Notes under the pieces: generated by a model
Databases searched by the model: none
What the model was told of the DNA's origin: nothing
The model's input: the letters and a program-made list of their open reading frames with translations, nothing else
Part shown: piece by piece, positions 62,447-64,000 of the stretch
How the letters are laid out: the number at the start of each line of letters is the position of its first letter
How positions within the stretch are numbered: the stretch's first letter is position 1
Position numbers and translations under genes: made by a program
From: the human T2T-CHM13v2.0 reference genome, Homo sapiens
Direction: 5' to 3' (one strand)
DNA: 64,000 bases
NCBI RefSeq assembly: GCF_009914755.1
Contig: NC_060925.1

Positions 62447-64000
62447 CAGCTTGTGTTCTTTTTAGAGGCATTCGTGTTGACATTGATAAGATGCAGGTGT
62501 TTCCTGCTAGTTAGCTTCAAACCTCTGTGAGGATGCAGTGCTTTTAGAAGAAAAAATCAAGTTTTTTTTCCTGACACTTTCCAAAGATTTGTCCATTTTA
62601 TATTACTAAAAATATAAATTGATATGACTGACACATAAGTCCTCAAGAATGTTCAATTTTCTCTTTATGCTATTGTACTAAGAAATACAGAGCAAATCAG
62701 AGAATGTGGCATTTCACAAAATGGGTTTTTGAGAATGGGAAGGATACTACAAAATATCTACCACCAATAAAATTCCATTTTATAGAAAGTTCTCTTAATA
62801 GGATTAAGGACAAAATGTTTTTCGATTTTCAAATAAACCTGGGAAGTATGAATTAAACAAAAAACAAACCCCACATAATTCCTTATTACTGGACTTCCAG
62901 AGCCTTTAATATGTTAATGTGCATCGTGAGTCTCCAAGACAGGTGTGCTCAGCTTTTCTCAAGTCAAATATGGTCACAGGATAGCTCTTTTTTTTTTTTT
63001 TTCCTACAGATCATCTACTGGAATTATTATTCCAAAGAAAGCACTCTTCAAAATGCTGCACAGTGTGCTGATTTTAGCGTCAGAGATTAGAGTGAGATTT
63101 AAAAGGCAAGTGTATCTACATTTTAATACTCAAACATCTGATATATCTGCTGCTCTTTGGAGAAAGAAATATTGTCTTTACAGAAATGATAAGAATCAGT
63201 GAGGGTTTTGAGGGTGGGCGTTGCTCAGATTGTTTCTGTGGGAATAGTTTGCAGATGTGCAGTTTAGCATCTGAGTGAGAACATTCCTCCAGTAAACTTG
63301 AATTACATATATTAGCCAAATGAGAAAGAACACTCTTAGAATTTTAGTCTGTATTGTAACTGAAGTTTACTCTGTTCCAAATATTCTCTTATTTGCCATC
63401 ATGCCTCCAGTTTGTTAAAATTGTAAATGTCACTTGCCCAGATTGAGTAGAAGTGATCTGATGTATTATTTATCTTCCAGCTTCATACTATACTTTCTAC
63501 TGAAGAGCCCAAGGCTCTGAGAACTTTCCAATAAAGGAAAAATTATAGAAGTTAGTGGGGGAGTGGAGAAGCTAGGATAAGTAGAATGAAAATGAGAGAC
63601 CCAGGAAAAGTTAAATACTGGCAAATTCATCAGAGCTCATTTGTTAAAACAGCAAAATATAATACAGTAGTGATATAATTGTAGACCAAAATAAAATGGT
63701 GCAGAATTATATATGTCATCTAACTGCCTGTATAGTACTGATTCCTAAAAAAATCCAAGAAACTTGATGTGCTACATCTTCCCCCCACTATCAAATGGAT
63801 AACTTGTTCATTGATTTCAACCAGTATGTTGAAACTTCTCAACATTGGAAACTATTAAATCTTTCAACACTATTCAGATCCAGACAATCTGATTATTTTA
63901 CATACTTTATTAATCATTTGAAATGCTCATAAAAGACCCCAGGCTTCCTCAAATTATTGTGAGCAATTTATTCACTTATTGTAGTACAGGAAGGTTGGGA

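Overview
This is a 64-kb window of AT-rich, CpG-depleted primate genomic DNA, almost certainly human. It lies inside NEGR1 (neuronal growth regulator 1, IgLON family), which is transcribed on the minus strand. The only protein-coding sequence is one 132-bp internal exon at 27929-28060 (-), with canonical AG/GT boundaries, encoding [44 protein letters not shown](F). This is the C-terminal half of Ig domain 2, exon 4 as I recall the gene structure. Everything else is intron, filled with interspersed repeats (Alu, L1, L2, MIR, ERVL-MaLR and other LTRs, MER5A/MER20) and microsatellites. All other ORFs in the track are repeat-derived or chance frames. I found no novel multi-gene system, RNA gene or CRISPR-like array. 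The most notable observations are structural or regulatory: (1) two locally templated insertions inside a nested L1 cluster; (2) a complete two-LTR THE1 provirus oriented sense to NEGR1, with DUX4-type motifs in both LTRs; (3) a ~280-bp AT-rich minisatellite bracketed by an Alu's target-site duplication (TSD); (4) a nested LTR-in-LTR with a junction-spanning duplication; (5) a candidate antisense GC-AG exon. Repeat subfamily calls come from recalled consensus sequences, and the boundaries of old repeats are approximate.
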